Source: Camelus ferus
Taxonomy: Eukaryota
Reading direction: 5' to 3'
Length of the DNA stretch: 64,000 bases
Assembly: GCF_009834535.1 (NCBI RefSeq)
Contig: NC_045697.1
Location: 60,018,001 to 60,082,000, forward strand
Shown: positions 12,710 through 25,065 of the stretch, piece after piece
Layout of the letters: every line of letters starts with the position of its first letter
Position numbering within the stretch: the stretch's first letter is position 1
Made by a program: the position numbers and the translations under genes
Notes under the pieces: generated by a model
Databases searched by the model: none
Told to the model about the DNA's origin: nothing
Seen by the model: the letters and a program-made list of their open reading frames with translations, nothing else

Positions 12710-14925
12710 ATTTTTTATTGAGTAAAATTAATATAACAAAAATTAACCATTAAGTATTTTAAAGTGTATAATACAGTACTGTTTAGTACAGTCACAGTGT
12801 TTGCAGTCATCACCACTGTACAGTTCCAAGATATTTTTATCACCCCATGAGGAAGCCCTGTACCTGTTAAGCAGTCATTTCCATTCCTCTCTCCCCCAGT
12901 CACTGACAACTACTAGTCAACCATCTATCTGTATCAGTTTACCTATTCAAGATATTTTATGCCAATTAAACCATACAATATGTGAACCTTTTTATCTGAC
13001 TTCTTTCATTGGCTTTAATGTTTTTGAGACTTACTGACATTGAAACATGTAGCAGTATTTAACTCTGTTTTATGGCTGAATGATATTTCATAGTATGGAT
13101 ATACAGCATTTTATCTATTCATCTGTTGATGGACATTAAGGTTATTATCACTTTTTGGCTATTGTAAATAGTGCTGTTATAAACACTTATGTAAAATATT
13201 TGTTTGAATACTTGTTTTCAATCCCCTTGGATATAAATGTAAGAGTAAAATTCTTGGGTCATATGGTAATTTTATGTTTAACTTTTTGAAAAGCTGCCAA
13301 GTGTTTTCCATTGTGATTATACCATTTTACGTACCCAACAACGTCATGTAAGGGTTCCACTTTCTTCACATCCCAATATTTATTTTCCAATTTTACTTTG
13401 TCTTGTTTTGAAATTATAGCAATCCTTACCAGTTAAAATGGTATCTCAGTGAGGTTTTGATTGCATTTTTCATAATAACCAATGATTTTGGACATCTTCC
13501 GTTTGCTTGTTTGCAATTTGTACATCTTTTGGGGTGCTGTCTATGCAAGTTTTTTGCCTGTTTTCAAGTGGGCTGTTTGTTTTGTTGTTGAGTTATAAGA
13601 GTTCTTTTATATTTTTGGACTTTAGACTTTTGCCAGATGTATTCCTTGTAATATTTTCTTCCATTCTTTTGGTTGTCTTTTCACTTTCTTAATGGGGTCA
13701 TTTTAAGCACAGTTTTGCTTTCATTTTTACGAAGTCCAATTTTTCTATTTTTTTCTCTTGCTGTTTGTGTTTTGGTGTCATGTCTAAGAATACTTTGCTA
13801 AATCCTAGGTCATTAAGATATACTCATATATTTCCTTATTTCTTTCTAAGGGTTTTATAGTTTTGGTTCTCACATTTAAGTCTTTCTTACATTTTTAATT
13901 AATTTTTGCATGCCATATAAGGTCTGACTTTTCTTTTGCTAGCTTTGGATTTATCTTTTCTTTTTCTAACTCCTTAAGGTGTGTATTTAAGTTACTGATT
14001 TAGAGTCTTTTTTTCTTTTTTTTAATATAAGCATTTAAAACTCTAAATTTACAAATGAGCCTTGCTTTCACTGTGTCTTATATGTTTTGGTGTGTTGTGT
14101 TTTTGTTTTTATTTGTTAGTGTATTTTCTAATCTCCCTTGTAATTTCTTCTTTGATCAATTGGTTGTTTAAGATTGTGTCCCAGTTGTTTCCCAAGCTTA
14201 TTCCAAGTGCTATTTCTTGCCCCAGGCTGCTATAACCAATATCTGTTAGTCCCAATGCTTCTGGCAAAAGCCACTGGAGAAGTCATTCCCAGCCCTAGGA
14301 ATGATTCAAGTCAAATGAAACAAATACTACATACTGGTCCTTGAGGGAGATGACAGATGTATAGAGACCCACAACCACAGTTCTTTGAGAATAAGGTCCA
14401 TATTGTTTTCTCCAGCTCTTCCAATCTATACTAGAAGTACAGATGCTGATTTTGAATTTTTTGAGGAACCTCCATACTGCTTTCCATATTGCCTTCAGCA
14501 GATTACCAACAATGCACAAGATTTCTCTTTTCTCCACATTTTTGCCAACACTTGTTATTTCTTGTCTTTTTGATGATAACCATTCTGACAGGTGTGAGAT
14601 GATATCTCATTGTGGTTTTGATTTGCATTTTCCTGATGATTAGTGATGTTAAGCATCTTTTCATGTACCTGTTAGCCATCTGTATGTCTTCTTTGGAAAA
14701 TGTCTATTCAGGTCTTCTGCCCATTTTTTAATCAGATTATTTTATATATTTATTTTGGCTTTGAGTCATGTGAGTTTCTTATATATCTTGGAAATTAACT
14801 CCCTACCAGATATATGATTTGCAAATATTTTCTCCTATTTTGCAGTTTAGCTTTTCATCTCATTAGTTGCTTTGGGGGGGAGATGAGTGGGATTCCTTAC
14901 TTTGCCATTTTCAGTGACATCACTC
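12710..14925 (-). mobile_element. L1MB-type element: 3' UTR and ORF2 end, an internal ORF2 piece, and 5' UTR pieces
   Basis: The 3' end ttttattgagtaaaatt...cagtcatcaccactgtacagttccaaga is L1MB-like; ORF2 runs to about 13920 and then jumps; 5' UTR motifs caaccacagttctttgagaataaggtcc and ccttactttgccattttcagtgacatcac. Confidence 0.8.
14447..14858 (-). mobile_element. Younger L1 ORF2 3' fragment nested in the L1MB 5' UTR
   Basis: ttgaggaacctccatactgctttccat...ccattctgacaggtgtgagatgatatctcattgtggttttgatttgcatt; less diverged than the host. Confidence 0.85.
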
Positions 14926-17649
14926 ATAGAAGTTCTTGATACTAAATCGAATTTCTGAATTTGCATATTTCCACTCTTTTGTCTCCTCTCCCTCTCTCTC
15001 TCTCTACCTCTCTCTCTCTCATTCAGTTATGGAACTGGAAAGCTGAGGAAAACACATTATTTTGGTTTGTTTATGAAGGAACTATTCAAAAGTCAAAATG
15101 CAAAACAGTTGGAAAAGAAATACTTGAGGGCTATATTTATATTTTTAGGAATATGCCCCAGCCACAAATAAATGTGCAAGATAAGCTAGGTGTAAGTATT
15201 CCAGCAGAAAGTGAGAAGGTAAATTACTTCTAAAATTATTCAACACCCTGGAATGTAATGTTAGTCTTCTCTCCTTGCAAATGGCAATATAAGATAGTTA
15301 ATTTTTGAAGCAAACAAATCACCTTAATTGAACACAGTTTTCATTTTAAAACAAGTTGTAGAGCTTAAGGCTGAAGTCCTCCAGAGAAAATAGCCCTGTG
15401 ATTTATATCAGCACTGCTAAAACTCAAAGCAGTTTGTGAGGTTGCATATGAATAATGCAGGGTAAGAGCAGCACAGGAGGAAACCATTGAAAGAAAGTAA
15501 ATGAAGTTCCTTTAAAATGGAATATATAGGAAACCATTTAATTTGAATTATTCACCAACACTAGTGATATTACAGGAATAACCATAGATCAGTGAATATT
15601 TCCATTTTTTAAGATGGGGTTATACCGTTCCTTTTAGATATTAAAAAAAAAAAAATCCCAGCAGCCAGGAATGGAAAAGAGAATCAGATGTGCGTTAGAG
15701 CCTATGAATATGCAGGAAAGTGCTGGCGTTCATCTGAAAAGGGAAGAGTGGCCTGTAGAACTTCAGACACACAGTGGTGGCTGTTGACTCAAGATCCACA
15801 GAGGCAGTTTCTGCCAGCTTGAGAGGGTGTCAAATGACCAGCAGAAAAAGCACCTTTTAGATATGCTTTAACTATTGCTGATTCTAATGATAAGTTGTAA
15901 GCTCTGGAGAAATTCCAAGTGCCTGGGTAGTATCTTGATTCCTTTGTGTGTGGAAAAAGAACATACATTGCTTCTTTTTTCTTTTACACAATCTTAATGC
16001 TATACGGTTGAGTAGTTTAATATAGAATTATTTCAGAAGAGTCAAATAACCAAGTAAAAAGGTAGATTGTTCCATAATGTGGTAATAACTGCATACTTAA
16101 AATAACATATAAAGTGTTTGCTGTTTACTCCATTAAAATCAAGTACAAATATGAAAACTTATCAATTTTAATATCACTGAATCCTGTTTAATGCTGCATA
16201 TTATTTTTAGCCTTAGCAGTTCCTTACTTATATACCTACTATGAGTATTGACACTGCTTTAGAATCATAGAGATGAGAAGCCATCATGTCTATAGATGTT
16301 TGAAATCAATAGTCATTTAAAGTTAGTAGTATAAGGGTTCTAAATGATCTGGGAAAACTGCCAGCTGACCAACATTAAAGTAAATGACTAGACTTGATCG
16401 TTGTATGGAATGTATCTAACTAGAACTCAAGTAGCCATGACTAAAATCATTTAATTCAAAGAGATGCTAGAACATGTTTTGTAAGGAGTTTTGGACACAG
16501 CTTCAAACCATCCAGTTTAGCTGAATATTTCTGGAAATCATTTACTGCTGAGAGGCCATAATGTCATGTAGTTGAAAAATACAACTGTAAAAAAGTATTA
16601 TATTCCTTTGAGCAGTATCATAAAGATAACATGAATTTATATATTGTGATTAAATGATAGAGTGAAATGAAGATTATTCAACTCCTTCAATTAGATGGTG
16701 CTTTAATATTCAAACCAAACCAATATTTGATTTGATTCCAGTGAACACAGCTGATCAATAAAGATAAAATTCTTTCACTCTGCTTGTAAAAGTCTGGTCT
16801 GTTAGGATAACTAATTTGATTTGGCTGCCATCAGCTTTGATTTTAGGCATGCCTTGTGATTAGCTAAGGTTTGGTGAGCATTCTGTATGAGAACTTCTTT
16901 CTCATGTTCATGTTTTTAGATCTATATGTATGTCACGGTACACCTGCAAATTCTCTAGAAACTGTATTTTGTTGACTTGAACCTGGACATTTGGAAGTGG
17001 GGTGGAGCATAGGGGTAGGGTATTGGGGGCAATTTTTAAAGACTAAAAGGACTGTTATATTTCAGGGCTTGCCAGAATGCTTTCTAATGATCTGAGAAGA
17101 TTCTGGATTCTTTTAGACCCAGTTACAAAGACCTTCTCAACTATTATAAAATTCTTTAAGCATCCAATTTTTCTGAAAGTAACTCCAGTGCTCTGATAAT
17201 TCCCATTAACATGAATGTCTCACATCTTTCTTTGTCCAGTGGTACTCTTGAATAGGTCACTTGTGAGATACAGTGACAATGATATTTTCACTCAGTTTTC
17301 ATCAATTTGATATTAGCATTAAAGCAAAACTCTACTAAGCCAAATGATTTTTGTATAGCTGTTTATCCTGGCAATTCCCAATCAGTTCTGTTTCTTCTTA
17401 TGTTGAAATGCAAGCTGTCATGTTTAATGATAAGAATTTGAGAATATATTTATACTTTTTTTCTACTTAGGCATAAAATGAGAGAGATTTCTTAAATAGG
17501 TAAGATTCTTCATCTGTGGTAGGATATATAATAAGCATAATCTTTATGTATAGTGTGGAAAAACATTTTTATATACAGACATTATATATGAATGGCAATT
17601 AAATTTATAAAATCATCTTCAAATATATAACCCATGATATTTGAATATG

Positions 17650-17880
17650 TCGTAAAAATTAAGAACCCAGGCATTGAAGGCAGATTGCCTGGGTTTAAAT
17701 TCCAACTCCACAGCATATTGGCGTATTGTTTTTATAATTCTATGAAAATCACTGAATATCTATAAAATGTGATAATCACCATACTTAATCTTGGGGTCTT
17801 CATTGAGATGAAATAAAATGATCAGAGGCTATCGATGTGCTCACAACAAAATAAGTGCTCAAGAAATGTTAGATTTTAGC
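17650..17880 (+). mobile_element. MIR SINE
   Basis: aattaagaacccaggcattgaaggcagattgcctgggtttaaattcc...taagtgctcaagaaatgttag. Confidence 0.75.
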
Positions 17881-18039
17881 ATTAGCTTCTGTTATTTCTG
17901 GCATTGAAAATATATAAATATTTTAAATTGAATTTTCAATAAGCATACTGATTTCCTAAATGCTCTGTTGGAAATTACTGAAAAGTTCTACTTATGTTGT
18001 AATGAATCATCTTTATTTTATTGATTGCAGCCATACTTT

Positions 18040-18483
18040 CTATTATCAACCATGGCCTCAATAATGCTACATGGTGTAACTATTCAAAATTGAGTGAATT
18101 AGAACAGCCGCCATTTGTTTTATTTTATGCATCTGCATTTTACTTGCATTATCTTGGTTGGACTCAGCTGGGTAGCCCTGCTTTACAGAAGCTGGGGGTC
18201 AACTGGCTTTAGCTCTTCACTGTGAGTTGGCCTTTGGTCTGTTCCATGTGAGTATATTCTGAGGCTCAAAATAAAGGGGGCACTTCCTCCATGGCCAAAA
18301 CAGTGTCACAAGTGCCCCACTGCACAGGCACAACTCAAACTTGTTTGAATCACATTTATTAATATCCAATTGGCTAAAGCAAGCATGTTGCCGAGTCCAG
18401 CATGAGCGGGCAGGGACCGACACTTCTATAAAGGAAAGAAGGGCATTGCATATCTTTCAACTATGTTCTAATCTCCTACTACT
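18040..18483 (-). mobile_element. Old MLT1K/L-type MaLR LTR
   Basis: ggactcagctggg...ggtctgttccatgtg...atccaattggctaaagcaagcatg. Confidence 0.65.
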
Positions 18484-19085
18484 ATCTTAATTTGAAAGCC
18501 AAATGATGGACCAATAAAAATTTGAATGTTAAAAAATCAATGTTCATAATGACCTTTCTGAGTTGTTGGTTTTGGATTGGGACTTCCTGAGCCTCTGGTC
18601 CTGTGCTGAGATGCTTCGAAGCCTTAAGAATATTTGGACCCCCATGAAGCCCTACTATACCCAAGTTTACCAGGAGATTTGGGGTAGCAGTGGGGTTGAT
18701 GGGCTTCATTGTTTATAAAATCAGGAGTGCGCATAAAAGAAGTAAAGACTTGAAAGCTTCCAGTCCTGTGCCTGCTTGTGGTCATGATTAACTAGCTTTA
18801 TGTGGATGGAACCTCAGTCTGGCTGTGTTGGATGGGAACATGGGATGTCACGTTGACTTGTGGATGTGCTGCTGCCCTCGTGCATGAATAAACATACCTG
18901 TAAGATCAAACAAACAAAAAAACAGTGTTCATAGCTAATAATGCAATTCGAATATTTATGAATTCCTAACATTTTATAATCATTATCTCATAAATGTTCA
19001 TATTGGTCCTTTCAGGAAAAGGAGATAAAATTGTGTACATTTTCTTTGCAACATTTAGTAAGTATTAGGAGAAAAACTTAGGATC

Positions 19086-19512
19086 TGTATTAGTCTGTTC
19101 AGGCTGCCATAACAACATACCATAGACTAGGTGGCTTAACATTTTTTTTTTAATTTCTCACAGTTCTAGAGGCTGGAAGTCCAAGGTCAAGGAGTTGACA
19201 GAGTTGGTTTCTTCTGGGGCCTCTCTCCTTGACTTGCAGATGGCCATCGTCTTACTGTGTCTTCACATGGTCATCCCTCTGTGTGCACATGTGACTTGAT
19301 CTGTGTGTGTATCCAGATTGCCTCTTTTTATAAAAACACCAGTCATATTGGATTTGAGCCCACCCTGAAACAAATAAACAAGCAAAAACTTCATTTGAAC
19401 TTAGTCATGTCGTTAAAGACCTTATCTCCAAATATAGTTACATTCTGAAGTACTGGGGGTAAGACTTCATTCAACACATGAATTTGGGAGAGGCACAATT
19501 CAGTCCAGAACA
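19086..19512 (-). mobile_element. MLT1A/B-type MaLR solo LTR, complete
   Basis: tgtattagtctgttcaggctgccataaca...caattcagtccagaaca; TG...CA ends; 5-bp TSD ggatc/ggatt. Confidence 0.92.
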
Positions 19513-19711
19513 GGATTTATCAAAATGGACTTAAGATTTCAGGATATTTAAAGGGAAGAACCTCTTTGTTTAATATTAAACACATTGAGACTAAGACAGA
19601 AGTATATATCCTAAGTGTCAGAGCGGTCAAGAGTCATGATGGTGGTGAGAACAGATTTGTGCTGATTCATGTACTGATAATCAGATTTTTAAAAATATAA
19701 ATGAATGCCAT

Positions 19712-19876
19712 TCTTGTGGTAGCTCACAACGAAAAAAAATGTGACAATGAATATATGTATGTTCATATATAACTGAAATATTGTGCTCTGCACTGGAATT
19801 TAACACAACATTGTAAAATGACTAACTCAATAAAAAAAGTTACAATAAATACATACATACATACATACATACATAC
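19712..19876 (+). mobile_element. Young L1 3' tip (about 130 bp) with an (ATAC)n tail
   Basis: Nearly identical to 914-1040 and 63809-63930; the tail has become about 7 ATAC units. Confidence 0.92.
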
Positions 19877-20444
19877 CATTAAAAATGAGTTAGAAAGATT
19901 AAGGAGGTTCTTATTAGAGCACAGACATTTGTGTTTATTATCTACTGAAAAGTGTCAATATTAGCGTCATTACTTAAGTTATGCTCTTTTGAGACAGGCT
20001 CTTTACATCACTGACAATTGTTCTCAAAGTTTATTAACCTAATTTTTCTTAGTTTCCAAAGACTTCTGGACAATACAGCAGTTGCAATTTTTTAAACAAA
20101 ATAAAGAAAAATAATGCTGCTTTCAGGTTTTTCCCTCCTACCTAGGATAATAAGGTCTTTCTCTTTAAACTATTTCATTTATTATCCATTTTCTGACTGT
20201 AATGTTTTAAGTATATTACTGAATCCGTTTGTACTTAGACAGTGATCTCTAGGGGTGACCTCAGATGCCCTATCACTCAACATATGCCTAACTTTCTGAC
20301 ATTCTGAATTTTTTCCAAGGTTTTGAATATTTTAAAATGTAACTGCTGTGTGAAACCTGTGGATTTTCTTCTCTTGTTTTCTTTTTCTGAATGGAGAGCT
20401 TGTGCTTCCAGGTCTTTTCTATATACACGTCACAAAAATAATTT

Positions 20445-20643
20445 TCTCTCCCTCTCTCCATTCTTCTTTCCTTTATTCCTCCTTTCCCTCCTGCCTCTCT
20501 CCCTCCCACTCTGTCCCTCTCTCTTCCTCACTCTTTCTCTTTTTTCTCTTTACTCTCTCTTTTCCCTCTCTCTCTCTCCCTCCCTTCTTTCCTCTCTTCC
20601 TTCCTTCCTTCCTCCTCTCTCTCCTCTTTTTTCCATCTGTCTC
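20445..20643. repeat. About 200-bp CT-rich polypyrimidine low-complexity tract
   Basis: Almost entirely C/T with (CT)n and (CCTT)n units. Confidence 0.95.
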
Positions 20644-20645
20644 TA

Positions 20646-21153
20646 CAGATCGTCCTCAATTTGCTGTGGGGTTAAGTCCCAAAAAAGCCCTCATAAGTTG
20701 AAAATATCAAGTCAAAAATGCATTTAGCATACATAATCTACTAAACACCGTAGCTTAGTATAACCTACCATAAACATGCTCAGAACACTTAGATTAGCCT
20801 ACAGTTAGGCAAAATCATCTAACACAAAGCCTATTTTACAACAAAATTTTGAATATCTCCTGTAATATGTTGAATACTGTACTGACAGTGAGAAACAGAA
20901 TGGTTGTGTGGGTACAGAATTGTTCTGAGTGTATTTGTTGTTTATGTTTGTGATCACGTGGCTAACTGAGTGCTGTGACTCACTGCCTCTGTCCAGCATC
21001 ACAAGGAGAGAGTATTAAACTGTGTATTGCTAGCCTAGGAAAAAATCAAAGTCTAAAATTTGAAGTACAATTTCTGCCGAGTGAGTATAACTTCCACACC
21101 ATCATGAAGTCAAAAACTCATAAATCAAACCATTGTAATTCAGGGGCCATCTA
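20646..21153. mobile_element. MER47/Tigger5-derived DNA transposon
   Basis: ta|cagatcgtcctcaattt...gctcagaacacttagattagcctacagttaggcaaaatcatctaacacaaagcc...caggggccatcta|ta. Confidence 0.88.
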
Positions 21154-22115
21154 TATACAAACAAAGAGACAATTCAAGAAGCCAGTGAAATGTTAGGAGG
21201 CAGAGAAGTGAATAAAGAAATTTAAGACGAAAAATTAGATGTCAGTATCATTACTTACTGAGATTGTAAGTTATGAGATAATTTACTTCTTCTTTGTCAT
21301 AAGTTCCATCTGAAATATTTGAAAGGAACATTCCTGTAAAGGTAATTAAGTGCAATATTTTAAATACTCCAGTGTCAACATTAGGTGCTTTAGCAATTGA
21401 TTTAAACTATAATGACCTAAAAGAACTGTGGTTTTAAAGACTCTTGAGGAATTATAATTATCAATTACATATTTTTTCTATGTAAGATATCTGTTATTAC
21501 GGTTCAGAAGGTTAAAATTTAATCTACAAGGTGATAAACATGTCAAGCTTTGTAGAATATTGGATCTTGGAGATAAAAAATTATCATAAATGATGCTATA
21601 TAGTGTGGCCTCCTTCTGTTGTATTTTGTATTTTTGGTTTTATATCATCTCTTCTTAACAAAGCAAAATGAAACTGTAGGGAGAGATCAAATGCATTTTG
21701 ATATATATTTATAATACCACCCACCAAGAGATAAACATTCTAAATTCTAAATTTTTTGCCTAGTGGTTTTTGTTTTTTTTTGATATGGCTACAAATGCCT
21801 ACCATATACTTGAGCATCCATTGGTTATTAAAGGATCTATTGTCAATTTGAAACTTTACTGTTTCTACACTTACCATTAATAAGGGCACCAATGTACCCA
21901 AGACTACACAAATTCACAGCTTAGACTCATAATTAGAGAATCTAACAGGAAAATGCACATGAAGATATTGTTAATTAAATCTCAATACTTTGTTCTTTTC
22001 AGGCTAAAAAAAAAACCAAATTATAAATAAATAAAATTAGTCTTCTAGAAATTGAATTTTTTTTTTTGCTTCTGAATTACAGTAATTACTATTAGCTTCC
22101 ATTTTAAAAAAATCT

Positions 22116-23760
22116 CTGGAAACTAAGCCCTTGTCAGTCTCATCTTTTGCAAGTATTTTCTCCCATTCCTTAGGTTGTCTCTTTGTTTTGCTTGTGGTTT
22201 CCTTTGCTGTGCAAAAGCGTTTAAGTTTAATTAGGTCCTATTTGTTTATTTTTGCTTTTATTTCTATTACCTGGGTAGACTGCCCTAGAGGAACATTGCT
22301 AAGATTTATGTCAGATATTGTTTTGCCTTTGTTTTCTTCTACGAGGTTTATAGTGTCTTGTCTTATGTTTAAGTCTTTAAGCTATTTTGAGTTTATTTTT
22401 GTGGATGGTGTGAGGAAGTATTCTAACTTCACTGATTTATGTGCAGCTGTCCAGTTTTCCCAGCACCATTTGCTGAAGAGATTATCTTTTACTCCACTGT
22501 ATATTCTTGCCTCCCTTGTTGAAGACTAACTGACTAGCTTCTGTTCCATCAATCTATATGTCTGCTTTTGTACCAGTACCATGCTATTTTGATTACTGTG
22601 GCTTTGTAGTATTGTCTAAAGTCTGGAAGGGTTATTCCTCCAGCTTCATTCTCTCTCTTCAATAGTGCTTTGGCAGTTCTGAGTCTTCTGTGATTTCATA
22701 TAAATTTTAGGATTATTTGTTCTAGTTTTGTGAAAAATGTCAACAGCTCATACAACTTAATAGTAACAAAACAAACAACCCGATCTAAAAACGGGCAGAA
22801 CACCTCAATAAGCAGTTCTCCAATGAAGACATACAAATGGCCAATAGGCATATGAAAAAAATGCTTAATATGACTAAATATCAGAGAAATGCAAATCAGA
22901 ACTACAATGAGCTATCACCTCACACCAGTCAGAATAGCCATCATTAAAAAGTCTACAAACAGTAAATGCTGAAGAGGGTGTGGAGAAAAGGGAACCCTAC
23001 TATACTGTTGTTGGGAATGTAGTCTGGTGCAGCCATTATGGAACAGTATGGAGATTCCTCAAAAAACTAAAAGTAGACATACCATATGATCCAGCAGTCC
23101 CACTCCTGGGCATATGTCAAGAGGGAATTTTAATTTGAAAAGATACCTGCACCCCAATGTTTTTAGCAGCACTATATACAGTAGCCAAGACTTGGAAACG
23201 ACCTAAATGCCCATTGACAGATGATTGGATAAAGAAGCTCTGGTATATTTATACAACGGAATACTACTCAGCCATAAAAAATAATAAAATAATGCCATAT
23301 GCAGCCAACATGGATGGACCTGGAGATTGTCATTCTAAGTGAAGTAAGCCAGAAAGAGAAAGAAAATTACCATATGATATCACTTATATGTGGAACCCCC
23401 AAAAAAGACAAATGAACTAATTTACAAAATAGAAACAGACTCACAGACATAGAAAACAAACTTACTATTACCAGCGTGGGAAGAGGATGGGAAGGGATAA
23501 ATTGGGAGTTTTGAGATTTCCATATGTTATGTATTTCCATAACTAATAAATATAAAATAGATAAACAAGTTCACACTGTATAGCACAGGGAACTATATTC
23601 AGTATCTTATAGTAACCTATAAAGAAAAGAATATGAAAATGAATTATGCACATATATGTATGACTGAACTATTACGTTGTACCCCAGAAACTGACACAAC
23701 ATTGTAAACTTACTATACTTCAATAATAAAAATAAATAAATACATAAAATAAAATAATTT
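22116..23760 (+). mobile_element. Young 5'-truncated L1 with a 5' inversion (twin priming)
   Basis: 22116-22740 is ORF2 on the minus strand; 22741-23760 is the ORF2 end, 3' UTR and A-tail on the plus strand; TSD aaaaaaatct at 22106-22115 and 23761-23770, following a tttt|aaaa site. Confidence 0.95.
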
Positions 23761-24314
23761 AAAAAAATCTAATTGACTTACACAAGAAAGATTTATGAGA
23801 TTTCTTGATTATCTATACTGACACAGATCACATGGATTTCCTGGTCACTCTCATGTAAATAATGACTCAAGACGCTAAAGGTGTTTTATTTCATTGTTCT
23901 ATGGTCCCCTGGGGCCTCCATGATACAGTCTTTAAGGATCTCTCCATGAGTGTGACTGAGGAGCCAAAGAGACCCATTGGATGCATCAGAACTTTTTAGG
24001 AGCCATACCTAGAAGTAGTATAATGCTTTCCCCAACATTTTCTCAGCTATATGTTAATCACAGGGCCTAATTATTTGCAGTGGAGACTAGTAAATGAAAA
24101 GGATTCCACGCTTAGGCCATAGGTGCTTTGGCTTTTGTCAAGTAAGAAAGCAACAAAATGTGTAATGGAGATTGAAGTTGAAAGATTCATATTGAGTGTT
24201 TACTGAGTGCTCTAATGTGTCAAAGGCTGAAGTGACTGGATTTTAGAGCCACGGAGAATTATAGCATTCAACTATCCTCAATTCCTTATCATATAAATGA
24301 GTAAATTGATGTCC

Positions 24315-24640
24315 ATTCATGCATTTCTTCCTTCTTTCATCTAACATTCACGTATGCCAGGCTCATGGGGGCTAAGCTCTCTGTTCACACTTGGGGAATA
24401 AGATACCATTTCAGCTTTAAACAATTCAGAGACTTTTAGGAATATTGTAAATTAAATGTAGTGATAGGTGTGTGCACAGGGTGCTCCAGAAGCAGAAAAG
24501 AAAGCATCACAGTCTACGTGAGGAATGGAATTTGGAGACTTGGGAGCCAAAAGGAGCATGTTCATGCAGAGTCAGTACGGAGACGTAGGCCAACAGGGTT
24601 AAATTGAGCAAGGGAGGAGGAAATACAGCCAAAGGAAAAC
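24315..24640 (-). mobile_element. L2 3' fragment
   Basis: cattcatgcatttcttccttctttcatctaacattcacgtatgccaggc followed by purine-rich L2-like sequence. Confidence 0.55.
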
Positions 24641-24814
24641 CCGTGCTAAAGTTTATGTGAACCTGGAACAATCGTGTTTAAAGACAAATATTTTCTAAAG
24701 TCATGTTTAGTCAAGCAAAGTGATTTGATCTGTCTCCAGTATTCACTTTGTAACCTGAACTTCAACACTGGTCTCTAGCATTCCAGCCGATTTCTCCTTC
24801 TTCCTTGCAAAGAA

Positions 24815-25065
24815 AAATTGCAGATAGGTTAACGTCTCAGCTTTGGAACCAGTATAAATTCTGCAGTTTACAATTTTAACTCTTTCAAGGAATATTTGTT
24901 GAATCCTAATTTTCTTATCTAAAAGATGGGCATAATAATAGCTATTTCTTCCTTGTATGTTTGTTGTGAGAAGTAAATAAACTAGTGAGAAAAAAAGTCA
25001 ATTAGATTAGTTCTTGGTTCACAGTAAGCATTTAATGAATATTTGCATACATTAATATTACTACT
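24815..25065 (+). mobile_element. MIR SINE
   Basis: ttttcttatctaaaagatgggcataataatagct...gttgtgagaagtaaat...cacagtaagcatttaatgaatatttg. Confidence 0.7.

Noticed and set aside
20288..20727. ORFs of 134, 99 and 73 aa rich in L/S/F/P
   Set aside because: Artefacts of the stop-free CT tract.
22131..22529. Hydrophobic 132-aa ORF
   Set aside because: Antisense reading of the inverted L1 ORF2.
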